Positions 31,801 to 43,874 of a stretch of DNA of 64,000 bases are shown here, piece after piece (positions within the stretch are counted from its first letter, which is position 1; every line of letters begins with the position of its first letter). Origin of the DNA: Tubiluchus corallicola (taxonomy: Eukaryota > Animalia > Priapulida). The notes below the pieces were generated by a model. That model did not search any database and was not told the DNA's origin. It worked only from the letters and a program-made list of their open reading frames with translations. The translations under genes were made by a program, and so were the position numbers. The stretch spans positions 62,001 to 126,000 of the forward strand of contig JAQGDQ010000079.1 in NCBI GenBank assembly GCA_030141605.1, in the 5' to 3' direction.

Positions 31801-34787
31801 TTCTGGATAATTGCAAAATATTAAAGTATAATGCCAAGATGCTGAAAGTCTACACGTTATTTATTTTTCCTTTCTTTACTTTTTAGTACTTAATAAAACT
31901 TTTCTTTGTAGAGACGAGCAGTAATGGTAAAAGTGGAAAAAATATATAAGCCCATACCTTACAATCCCTTCCGTCTGCCGTATGTTCATCAAATTCCTCT
32001 CCTAGTTTGAAAGTTATGACGGTTGTTCTAAATGTTGTTGATGTCGTAATAGTAAACATCTCTCCGTCTAATTTAATCTCAGTAACAGGCGTTAATAGGT
32101 TGGCCATTTTTCTTGTGGCTATGCCAACACCTTAGTAAAAAAATTAACATAATTTTTGTTATATTAAATTATACTAGCAAAGCCCCGCAAAAGATTTTGC
32201 GTAAAAAACCACGTATAATCAATAACACGCGAACATCCTACACAGTCCTCATTTATAACACAAAGCCCGTAACATCCTGTCTACTGTATGTCTGTTAATC
32301 TAACGCAAACCCGTAGCAGGCAGCTTTTTGCTGAATTAAAGTTATAAGATTACAGCAGAGTACAATGGATGACGTCAGCACAATGGAATGCGTCACCACA
32401 GTTTTCTAAGCGAAAATCGCCGAAAATAGAACATCTAATTAACTCGCCAATACTCCTCTCGGTGGACTTGCCCTAAAATGTAACCCACACCATCGTGTAG
32501 CCCTGTCCTTCCTCTTTCTAAAGAGCCGTATATCTCCTTCCGAGAGTCCCACCGGGCGCCGCTAGAACGTTTTTCTCGCATGCTGTTTGGTCAAAATTTC
32601 GAAAAAATCGCGAGTTGGGTCCGGAAAAACGCCCGTTGCGGGACCCCGTGGCCCTCTCGCGAATTCTAAATATGCCTACTACACCCACCGCTGAACGGGC
32701 TATCTATCCATACCCAGTACCCCCCTCGGCCCGTTCCCGTTCTCTACATCTCAGCCGTATAACTTTTGCAATTTTTTGCAAAAAACGCCCGAAAAAGGGC
32801 CATTTTTGGAGGTTTTTCGCCTCCCCCTCCTCCCGGTGGGCCCGATTCGAAAAATAAACCAACAATGGCACGACACTGGATCGAGACCTTTCGTTTGATG
32901 TATAGATCGCCGCCCTCGTCGGAGCTGTAGCCTCGAATCTTATATATATATATATACCAAGAATATTAATATAATAGAAAATAGAACATCTAATTAACTC
33001 GTTGATACTCCTCTCGGTGGACCTGCCCTAAAATATAACCTACATCATCATGTAGCCCTGTCCTTCCTCTTTGTAAAGAGCTATATATCTCCTTCCGAGA
33101 GTCCCACCGGGCGACGCTAGAACGTTTTTTCCGCAGGCTGTTTGGTCAAAATTTCGAAAAAATCGCGAGTTGGGTCCGGGAAAACAGCCGTTGCGGGGCG
33201 CCCTGGCCCTCTCGCGAATTCTAAATATGCCTACTACACCCACCGCTGAACGGGCTATCTATCCATACCCAGCACCACCCTCGACCCGTTCCTGTTCTCT
33301 ACATCTCAGCCGTATAACTTTTGCAAAAAACGGCCGAAAAAGGGCCATTTTTGGATGTTTTTCGCCCCCTATTCCTCCCGGTGGGCCCAATTCGAAAAAT
33401 AAACCATCAATGGCACGACACTAGATCGAGACCTTTCGTTTGATATATAGATCGCCGCAAATGGTGCCCTCGTCCGGACTGTAGCCTCGAATCTTATATA
33501 TATATAAATAAATAAATATATTAAGCCCATACCAAGAATATTAATATAAGAGTATAGATAATTATGCTGTTTTTCAATTTTGCTTGCTACGGTAATATAA
33601 AATTCATAGCATCCAATAACTAATTAGAATTTAGTGCTACAAAAGTTTGCATCCAGTGTAATTTTACTGAATTTACCATGTTGATCAGGCATAATTTGCA
33701 CTAGTACAATAAATTTAATACATATTTGACATAACGCTTAATCGTTGATTTGACTTTACAAATACACAAGGCCAAAAATCGTGAGGGCCTCACAGTAAAT
33801 TCAGTCACATACTGCAGTGACGTGCATGAGTCATAGACCCTAGGGCCTCAGCCCCGGCAGAAAACTATTGATCAACCAATGATTTTAAAATCTACAGCTG
33901 GCCTCAATGTCACTGTAACACAGTAGCTAGACCAGTAGGAGACACACTGTAAAAGTAGCACTAACAATAATAACTCAGGATATCCCTTCTTGGTAAATTA
34001 GTTGCAGCTGACATTCGAAAGAGAAGAGACTGAAACTGTCAAACGAGGCCATATGTGGCACTCTTTAGAAAGCATTTTTTAAGCTGGACATATGACTTAA
34101 AGCTGAATATATGGTCTTTGGCAATAGCATGTCAAAATGAAACTGAAAATCTGGGATGTTAAGAAACGATAGCTAAAATCGAGAACGGAAATTAAGCTGG
34201 CAGCTATATGCCTTTTATGCAGTCAGTCGCCAAAAGTGTGGTATTAATGACATGTATTATTAGCACCTGGGAAATAGTATCTAAACAGCTACAGCATCAG
34301 AATGCACTGTGCTACAGAGAGATGTCTTTTGTGCTGGCTACTAATAAATTCAACTGGGTGAACGTAATTTAAAAAATTTTTGTCTTCGGCTGAAGTCGAC
34401 ATTGAGGTCAACAAAAGCTCAAGGCAGTTTATAACCACTCATTTCCATGTGTAATGTGTTAAAATGAAAACCTTTTACAAAAAGCTTTTACACAATAAAG
34501 TTCATACAACTAATAAAATATTATAAAGATCGTTACATTAACGCCAATGCCTGGCAATCAGAACTTATTTTTAGTAAGAGAAGCTCAATTCTGGACAGTA
34601 ACATTTTTAGTTTATACTTTGCAACTAATGTGTTACATGCATACAACCAGGCAGTAAGCCAAGTGAATTCTATGTTAAAACTGTGATATTTTAACAATAA
34701 ATTAAAGAGCATAATACCTAAAGCTTTCATATACTCGTCAAACATCTCGCTTGAAGCTAACTGGTATTTACCACACAAGTCTGCCAT
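28886..34787 (-). CDS. FABP: fatty acid-binding protein, paralog A (134 aa)
   Basis: Exons 34787-34718, 32130-31958, 29651-29541, 28936-28886 (70/173/111/51 nt, the canonical 4-exon FABP layout). [33 protein letters not shown]...[15 protein letters not shown]...IITREF...CKRVYKKI*. Confidence 0.96.
29835..30870 (+). mobile_element. 5'-truncated, frameshifted non-LTR retrotransposon (CR1/L2-group-like ORF2 C-terminus) in FABP-A intron 2
   Basis: [35 protein letters not shown]...ICTYC...[10 protein letters not shown] (CCHC-type motif); ends in aataaataaatatctaaatatctaaat. Confidence 0.85.
32174..33558 (-). mobile_element. non-autonomous Helitron with an internal ~560-bp tandem duplication, in FABP-A intron 1
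   Basis: On the minus strand it starts A|TCTATACT (33558) and ends CTAG|T (32174), with the hairpin CGCAAAA-TC-TTTTGCG (32186-32201) just before the CTAG. Inserted at AT with no TSD. GC-rich near-duplicate units at ~32425-32978 and ~32979-33550. Confidence 0.85.
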
Positions 34788-35749
34788 CTTTTCTCCCTCG
34801 ATTCTATCGCTGAATGAGCTGCTTGCTTTTGCTAAGGGACACACTGTAGCAGCAGACTCACTGTGAATCCGTGGCAGCGCGCACACATTAATTACTGTAA
34901 TACGTCGCTGTAATCAAACTCGGTAGTCACTACTAACGCCCTCTAAAAGGCAGCTGGCCGGCCCTGAAATCGTTCAGATCGGGCCCTCCCATCTACATCC
35001 CTGAAGGCGCTTCACTCACTTTTAACCACGGCAAAATCTCTGACAACGTAGATCACCCACAAAAGCACCTAGATAACTGAAACACTGCCAAGATAAACAA
35101 AATAAATGTTTATCTTAAACACGGTTTAATCAGACCTGCTTTTCTCGGGTAGTTCTTCACAGAGTTGTTCACAAGTTTCCTGTGCACAGAGGCAGTTGCG
35201 TGAACCCTCTATCCACATTGGTTTTGTCAGACTGTTTCTCGAACTTTATTCACATTGAAGAGATTACTTCTCCCAGGCACTTTATTCAAACTCTGAGTTT
35301 AATTTACGAAATATTAGCACTAATCTATATGGCTATGCAGGTCCTAGTCAGTAGGGCATCGCTTTTTTTGATAAGTGCTAGTAGTATAGTTCTGTAACAT
35401 GGCTGTTGGGCTTCATTCAATGAAATATTACAATTATTCAGTTCAGTTTAACTTAATCCAATTCAGTGAAATGTTAACACTACGTAATACTGTTCTGTAG
35501 TTTCTGCCAATTAAACCATTTAAAATTCTTTCAGTAAAATGAGTAAGCTGTCGAAAGTTTTCTAAAGTTTAAGACTTCATCGTCTAGCCATTTGAACGCG
35601 CAACTGTGTAAAGACTGCGCGTTTTAAACATTATTATTTGTTCGTACATGTAGTGTAATATTTTTTATTGTTGATACTGGAAAAGTAATTATGCTACATC
35701 GACACGAGCACATTAATAAAACTGGGACTAAGTTAACCACAGTTGTTTA

Positions 35750-36015
35750 GTCTAACATAATTACGTACAAACTTGTCATTCAAATAAATCACTTATTTGA
35801 ACCTCAAGTCTGTACATAATTATTTTAGTAATGTGCTCAGGTCTAAATGTAGCATAGTTGCTTTTCTATTGTGCGATAATGTAATATAGGATAATTTTCT
35901 AGTAACGTAGTCAAGTACAAACTTGACATTTAAATAAATAACTTATTTGAATCTCAAGTTTGTACATAATTATTTTATTAAAGTGCCAGGTATGTAGATG
36001 TAACATAATTGCTTA
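35750..36015. repeat. tandem ~150-bp duplication, each unit containing a long hairpin
   Basis: gtacaaacttg...caagt(c/t)tgtac occurs at ~35765 and ~35915, with matching downstream flanks. Confidence 0.85.
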
Positions 36016-36395
36016 TTACATTTAGATAACATTTACAACAATATGTTATCTTACCTATGCGCTACATAGATGTATAGCACAATGAACAGCCTTGTACATA
36101 TAGATCTAACTGATTTGGTCAGCGTAAACTTGAGCATGTTGAAGTAAAAATTCAGCTATTCCACGATTTCTATCTCGAGACATTTTCCCGTTTGGAGTAC
36201 CATTCTTATACAGTTACGCATTAATTCAGCAAATATTTTTTCCTACTATAAATTATGTTTCAAGTACAAAATGCCATAAGTTACAAATAAAGCAGCTAAG
36301 TAGAATAACATATTGTGATTCAAATGCTGGAGGACAAAACACGTAGGACAAATGAATGCACAGTGCTTCTGTGCTGAAAATCTCTGTTTTGTGCG

Positions 36396-39300
36396 TTAGA
36401 TTCTTTTATATATCCGCTTGCAAACCACGTCCAGAGCTTTCAACTCCTGAATAAATAAATATAATACGTGAGATAATGCGCTTGTTATTAGTTTCTATGT
36501 GAAAACAAACCCTAGATCGTCTCTGTGTTCTCACGGTTCCTTGGTACCTCAATCTATAATCAGCATCTTATCCCTTAAACCCGTTCTGCTGGGTCCATTG
36601 ATGCCACACCCACAGTTTCCTGTTCCTCAACAGACCACACTTTAACTTGGCCCCAAACCAAATTAACCTTATAAATACACCAAAGCGTCCAGCGTCCTCC
36701 TGCTCCTGACTGCTGGCTTTCAACTGAATCCAACGTCCAGCATTTGGTGTACATATATTAAGTGATCTAAATAGCTAATAAGCTAGAGAAATACGAATTT
36801 TTCCAATAGGCTTTGTTAAACAGAAACCTGAAAAAACAACCCAAGGAATACACTGCAGACCAGGGGATCTACTCATTCAGGGGCCAGCGTCCCAAATGAT
36901 TACATACATGTAGCGTATAAAAGCACGAGGAAGTCCAGAAAAACATGAGATTAAGAGATTGATGAGGAGAACCTTGTAGGATCAAAGAGCTGAGAGACCA
37001 GTGGACCAGAGAGCCTAAGGTACATAATACAAGCACACTCACGTATAATTATGATATTATAAACAGATAAAATCATAAATGGTTTATTAACTTACTCTTG
37101 CTTTGTAATACCATATCTCTATCTTTTTACAAAAAGTTAAAAATACGATATTTTGTTTAGACTTATTACTAGCTATAATGTGATTTGCTGTTACTCAATT
37201 AAAAATAGTAAATTGTTTGGAAATTGAAATATCGCAACTGAAGGAAGTAAAACAGCTCACCATAATCATCTGATCGTCTGTGAATTCTCGTGTGATTATT
37301 GATCCAGTGCCGTTTTCTTTAGTGTCTTTCTGAACGTGAACAAGTTTATTGTCTTCTCTTGTTATGGTGCTCTAGAAAAGCATTTCAATGAGAAATTAGC
37401 CACACATCATATAATATTGCTATTAACAGATACCTTTTTTCTGCATGTTATTTTTACCGGATGACAAATAACGTCACAATACTGACAAATTTTTCTCAGC
37501 CAGAACATGCATAGGAGGTGGTCTTTTCAGATTAGTTGATGAAGTTTAGCCTATTAAAATGAATAACGTAAAAGTTTTGCTTATTTTTAAATAGCTTTTT
37601 AACTCGTTGAAAGCGATGTCACATGGACTCATAGTACGTCTTGCAGAGATCGTATCTCAACAGTGCAAAATGAATCAAGTCGAGTAAACTGACGCGTAAA
37701 TTTTGTGTATTCAAAATAACAATCATTCGAGTAACTATGAGTTAAATTTAATAATTGTTGCGTACCTCACCTTAGGCTTAGTTGCTACTCATTTTGAGTA
37801 TGAAATGACTGTGTATTTTATGAATCTTATTTATGGCTTCCAACCGCTTGCTGCATTTCAGAGCAGACTAATAGTCTAGTCATTTGCTTTGGGAAGCCCG
37901 ATTCGCGTAATAAAAATCTATTTTGATTTGACTATCGTGAAGGTGCATACCGGATACCTTACAATGTCTTCCGTCTGCGGTATCTTCATCAAATTCCTCT
38001 CCTATTTTGAAAGACAGGACAGTGGTTTTAATAGGTGTTGTGGTTGTGATAGTAAACGTCTCCTCTTCTTGCGTAACCTCAGCTACTGGCGTAACCTCTC
38101 TCGCCATTCTTCTCGGAAACGCACCAAGACCTTATAAATAGAAACGCCCTTAAAAACATGAAGAAAGTAAATCGTAATCACATATCCAAATGCAAATTTG
38201 GTAAATTAACCCATTAAAAATTATAGACCAACTAACTAAATAGCTTCCAATATAAACAACAAAGTAAGCGAAGCCCACACATCAACTGAGAATTGAATAA
38301 GGCCCCAAACTATCATTTCATAATGCTCAGTTATTGGCGATGATTCAATGACGTGGAAACAATTAGACACTAGACCGTCACGCTTGGGCAGCTTTGGGTG
38401 TTTCTCAGTCACAATGTTGATGGGTGATAGCGTTGGGATCGACGGAGAGAAAGATTAATAAGCGGACGAAAGATGAATGAATGAACTCAATGAAAATCTA
38501 CCAAAATATATATTGCAAGTTAACCTTTATCCACGAAAGCACGAAAAAGGCATTAAGCCACACGATAAACTGCCAAGGTTTATCAAAATTTTAACTTCGA
38601 TTTCTTGATAATCATATAATCGAATAATTATAATATCATTATAATAACACAATAATAATTAGTAGTTAGCAATAGAATAATTTCACTCTCAACTCTCTTT
38701 TTGTGTATTATTCGTGATCGACATACATAAGCTCATTTAAGGCGCGATACGAGGATTTCACAGTTTTCGAGATTCACGAATGAAATTTAGTGCACTGACA
38801 AACAGTACTAATACAAAATGAAAACTGGAGGGGCTAAGAAACAAAAGGTCGCAAGGCCAAAAGACCAGTAGCAGATAGGCTCTACAAGGAATTCATCTAT
38901 TATTGCTGATCATGTGTGACATATTAGGTGAACAGAACTTAAAAATAAGAGCAACAAGTTAGCTGGCATTTCTAAAAAATTAAGACTACTGATTAGTGAT
39001 GGAATGAATCCAGAATGGTTGAACATTAAAATCAAACTTGACTTAAGCAAAGGAAACGAAGACAACAACCGTCTAGTGACTGTTGCATTTGACTTGGTAC
39101 CTAAAAGTCCTAGTTCAAATTAGTCTCGACTTTTTCACATTGTATTCTCTTCGAACAAACAAGACAAACAAGTTAGTTTCAATTATTCTGTAGTTGTAGG
39201 TTCGTTCTGTCATGTAATCAGAATTTGTACCTAAAGATTTCAAATATTCGTCGAACATCTCGCTTGAAACCAGCTCATATTTGCCACACAGGTTCTCCAT
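36396..39300 (-). CDS. FABP: fatty acid-binding protein, paralog B (134 aa)
   Basis: Exons 39300-39231, 38130-37958, 37371-37261, 36446-36396 (70/173/111/51 nt). [33 protein letters not shown]...[15 protein letters not shown]...IITREF...CKRIYKRI*. Confidence 0.96.
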
Positions 39301-40441
39301 CTTCCTCCATTTCGTTTCCCGTTCTGAATACTTTCCATACTCACATTTGCTAGATGGAATGGCTGCAGTTGCAGACCGCAGTGAATATGCTTTAGAACAC
39401 CATAACCCCATTACGACATAAATTAACGTTACAACCGAAATCAAGTTACCTGGCAACGCCACCGTGTGGCAAACTAATTCTAGCTTAAACTAATAAAATG
39501 TTCTTGGTATCTATAAAAACTCCTTGGAAACGCACCAATTAGACCTTCCTTATATTAGCTTTAGCCATAGATTTTTTAATTTAACAAGTGTTAGTTAGAG
39601 CTTTATTCAATGAAATGTTAACAGCATAGTGTTGCCGTGTAGCTTCTGACATACGTTTTATGGACTGCATCTCGTTAAAAGAATAACATAAACAAATAGT
39701 AGTAGAAGTGAAACAAAAGTCACAAAATATTTTCACTAGACGGTGTCATTCTTTTATATATTTTTCAGATTATTGTTCCAACATTATCGACAACCGTGGA
39801 TGTGCGTCTCGTGTGACCATCAATATAAATTAGTCACTTTCACATGCAGATTTCTAAAAGCAATTTTTAAGTATCACAACATACTATACCGTGTATTTAC
39901 TATAAACTATTTATAAGACGTTTAAAAAATAACGCAGCCACGCATTTTAGCTAATAATTTTAACAACAGCTTAATAAACAATGTTTTATTATAAAATTTA
40001 AGCTGTTAATAAGGTGGTAAATAAATCTCGATAAATCTCAAAAACCCGAGATAAATAAGAAGCTGGGAAACTAATACAGATCGTTTGACATTTTGCTTCC
40101 AAATAGTCGAAAAACAATGAAAATGCCCCTTTGCCTAAATCCTAATCACATCATTTAAATAATTTTAATGGATATTATTAAAACAGTATTATTAATTTCA
40201 CTTTCATTACATTGCTTCTGAGATTAAGTTTATTAAACACTTAAGTCTTTTATAGTTAATGACTATTCAGTTAATTTCGCTCTGTACGAACTTTCTATGA
40301 AACGTCCTGTTTTATTCTATAGCGCGAAAAAGACTTCTCCACTAAAGCAGATGAATTTCATACTTTCATGAATAAAAAAATACAGAGTAGTTTATTGAAA
40401 ATCTAATTTGTAAAGTTCCACAATTTGTTTCAAATTAATGA

Positions 40442-41929
40442 CTATTTTTTTCTACTACTGTATGCTTTTTCTTCTTTTGGTTTTTCCAATGGCACGTGTT
40501 GACCTCTCACGCAACCCACTGGTCGGGTTCGACTTAATTTTCCACAACACCACCAAAACATATAGGAGTTATATTTATCGTCCGCCAGGGTGCTGTCGCC
40601 AATTATTTTGCTCCATCTACCGAACGGAATCGGAACTGTGGTGTGATATTTACAACTATCAGAGTCATTCTCTTCCTGGGTATAGTAAGAGTTGCAATTT
40701 CGGCATTCTAACATATTCAACACGATCTGAGTAAATCTTTGTGTTGAAGGTTTCCTGGAGTCTAAAACTTGTTCGATTTTTTGACGTTCACGATTCATAT
40801 CTTCTAGATTTTTGATGCGTAACAGAAGAGATTCGTTCACTCTTCTTATTTTTTCATGCTGTTCAGTAACAGTTTGAAGCTTCTCTTCTAAATCTTTCTT
40901 GGTGTTTACAAGTTTGTCTTGCCCTTTGTTCGCCTAAAAACAAAAAAGTAGTAAAATCTCGATGTGTAATATATGTACTTTTGATATTATTGATTAGCAC
41001 AAAGCCAAATTATTAAAAAATTGTCGAAAAAGCATTTGAAAATATTAAAAATGTTTATCATTACATTCTGAAGATATTCATGATTACTTTACTGCTGGCA
41101 TCTACCGATGTTGCAGCACAGATGAGTATATTAAAAATAATATCTTGTATCCAGGGCAATATGCCAGTCTGGCAACTAATTTTATCACTATTTTACACAA
41201 AAGATTTTCTTCAGATTGCCAGGTGTCTTGAATGGATGAATTGGGCTAGTAAAGATGTCATACCTGTGACGTTTGACGGATCATCTCAAATTTTAAATCG
41301 TATAAACTATAGTAAGTTGCTTGTAGTTCAATCGTTAAATCCTTGTTCATCTTTTTTAACTCCTAAATGGCAAATAACACTGTACATAATATGGAAGGCA
41401 AAATTTTAGTGAACAACTTTTAAGGCCCATAAATTATTGTTAGAGCACTGTTCCCTTGGTTGTGGCCGACGGTTAAAAATTTACAATAGAATAAAATGTT
41501 TCTGCCTGCTACAATAGCGTTAGTTTATAGCACATGCTTGCAGTTTAGTATATTGGCCTACCCGCCAGTTGGTTGTGTCCCGTGGCATGTTTAAAACAAA
41601 CTACAATTATGTACTTGAACAGTGGGCCAATATCGGACTTATTAGGCCGTTGGTAATCTTTGAAGATCAATTGAAACATTATTCAAAAATAATTTGCAGC
41701 ACATGCATCTGCAAAATGTATGCCACTCGTTCATCAAACAATGTTTTATACACATAACTACAACTACGTCTATTATATTACTAACCTTATTTTCTTGGCT
41801 TAGCGAGTGTTTTGTCTTTGTCAGCTCTTCAATGGTTTCATCTCTTCGGCGAAGCTCCCACAATTGTAGGTTACAGGTCACCCTTAAACGCTCATTTTCT
41901 GTTGATAAATTGGAATAACTTAACTCCAT
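40442..41929 (-). CDS. uncharacterised ~211-aa protein: N-terminal coiled coil plus C-terminal CHORD-like Cys/His zinc-binding module
   Basis: Exons 41929-41786 (MELSYSNL...SQENK|gttagt) and 40933-40442 (ttttag|ANKGQDK...), joined in phase 0. C-terminal pattern C-x2-C-x13-C-x2-H-x31-CC-x10-C-x4-H. Confidence 0.8.
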
Positions 41930-42139
41930 TTTTACTAATAATTGTAAACCCACGCACTGAAAAATCATAATAAAATTAGTTACGAATTTAAATGGAAAAC
42001 ATACACAGTGCAGCTTGAAAAAGATTTCGCTTTATTATCTTGCTTTGATTTTATAAACCTAATTGATACTCATCACAGAAAACTAAAATTATTACTACCG
42101 ATGCTGACGCAGTGGCACATGGAGCGTTATACAGAACAG

Positions 42140-42335
42140 GCAGAAGCAGCTGCAGCATCAACAACAACAGAACAACAACAATTGCAGCAGCAATCGTAAC
42201 AGTAGTAGCAGTAGTTGCTGTTGTTGTCGCTGCTGTTGCTGTTGCCGTTGTCGTTGTTGTTGACATAGATGCTGTTGATATCGTTGTTAATGTTGTTGTT
42301 GCAGTTGCTGCTAGCGGTAGTGTTGTTGCTATTTT
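42140..42335. repeat. degenerate trinucleotide repeat: a CAA/CAG tract followed by a GTT/GCT tract
   Basis: Seen directly; it produces low-complexity ORFs in several frames. Confidence 0.9.
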
Positions 42336-43874
42336 TTGAAAACAAAGCACAGAATTTGTTCAAAATAAATAACTCGATAACACACAATAATAACAAATAG
42401 CTGAACAACATAATTTTCAAAGGTTTACATGGCAACATTTGCTAGTTCTGTGTTCTTACTTCCAAACACAGTCGCTCCATAATTCAAGTCACCGAACGAA
42501 AAAGCCCATGAATCTCTAAGGCATATAATGATAAATTTAAAAACTATCCGTATCTGTATATTTGCAACCATCTTAATTTTTTTGGTGTATCTGACGTAAA
42601 ATCTACTGCTTTTGTTATCGGTACAAATAGAATAAAAAGTAATGTAAACTGCTTTTACTTACGCCATTTGCTAGAACTATTTTTTGGCACAGTAATTTCC
42701 TGGCAGAGATAAATAAAAGCTAAGGCGATTAGTTTATCATCCAGCATTCATCGTACTTTTTGAATCACACTTAAAAAATGTCGGACAGAAAACTCTAACG
42801 CGTAGTCTAGCTAGAAGTTTGTGCATGCGGTTGCTACGTTGGGATGAAATCCTGTTTTGCCACTCAGACGCCTAGATTTTACCACGTATACTATAGTTAT
42901 ACATGTAGTATGAAAGTACATTGTATGCGCATGCGTTAGTATGGACTATAAGACACTGTACCTTTGTAAAATACATTACTTTGCTTCCCATACCCCTATT
43001 TACACTTGGTGTGGATTTTGTACTTTTAACGTTTATGGACGTTTACGCACAAGCAAGGCCAAATTGCTCGTTCAGGATTGACACCATAGTGAAGCAAATT
43101 TTTAAGAAATCTCATATCTGAAGTGAAATGAATAAATGTGTAACTATTTATATTTAACGATTGTTCAGATGTGGTGATATTTCTAATGTTTATTTTATTT
43201 ATTTATTTAAAAACACAGAGCTTTAAAATCAAATGTAAACGGCAGACTAGCGTTTTCGTACTAATATATAACCATGTAGTCGGTGATAATTAATTGTAAT
43301 GAAAATAGGGAGGAAAATAACGCACTGATTAAACACAGAACAGTAATGATAAGTGAAGGTGTCTTTGTCTCTTTTAAAACAGTTACGCGGTGACAATGAA
43401 TGTACTCACCCTGCATGCACACCGCACTCTATAAAAATCAACACGCATACACGCGTGAATCCTTTTTCTGTAAAACACTAACATTCTAAACTATGTTTTA
43501 TGCTCTAGAAGGCGATGCCGTTTTCAATTTTCTAAACCGGTAAATATCCATACCGGAAATGTTCCACACGAATTTTTCCTACGGAAATATCCATACCGGT
43601 AAATGCTTTAAGGTGTATAAATGTAAACTGTGTTATTCACCGAGGACGTATATGTAAATAGTATAAAAAATGAAATTAAGGGCTTAATTCAAGCTATGTG
43701 AAACTATACCTTATTATAACTCTTGTGATGAAGATTTTACCAAAATTCCTGGATGGTGAGTTAGTAGCTGATAATTATGCAATACCAGAGCGGTGTATAG
43801 TACGAACTATAGGCCTACATCGTTCTGGTACGCATCAGCTAGAGCTAGGCATATTCAAGGTAGCCCACACACTG

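Noticed and set aside
32615-33424. Near-identical 80-84 aa ORFs (MGPEKRPL.../MGPGKQPL...)
   Set aside because: They are non-ATG ORFs inside the duplicated Helitron units, with no protein-family signal.
31958-38130. The FABP exon 2 copies are offset by exactly 6000 bp
   Set aside because: The other exons have different offsets, so this is coincidence.
42008-42438. Thr/Ala/Val/Asn-rich ORFs
   Set aside because: They are by-products of the trinucleotide repeat.
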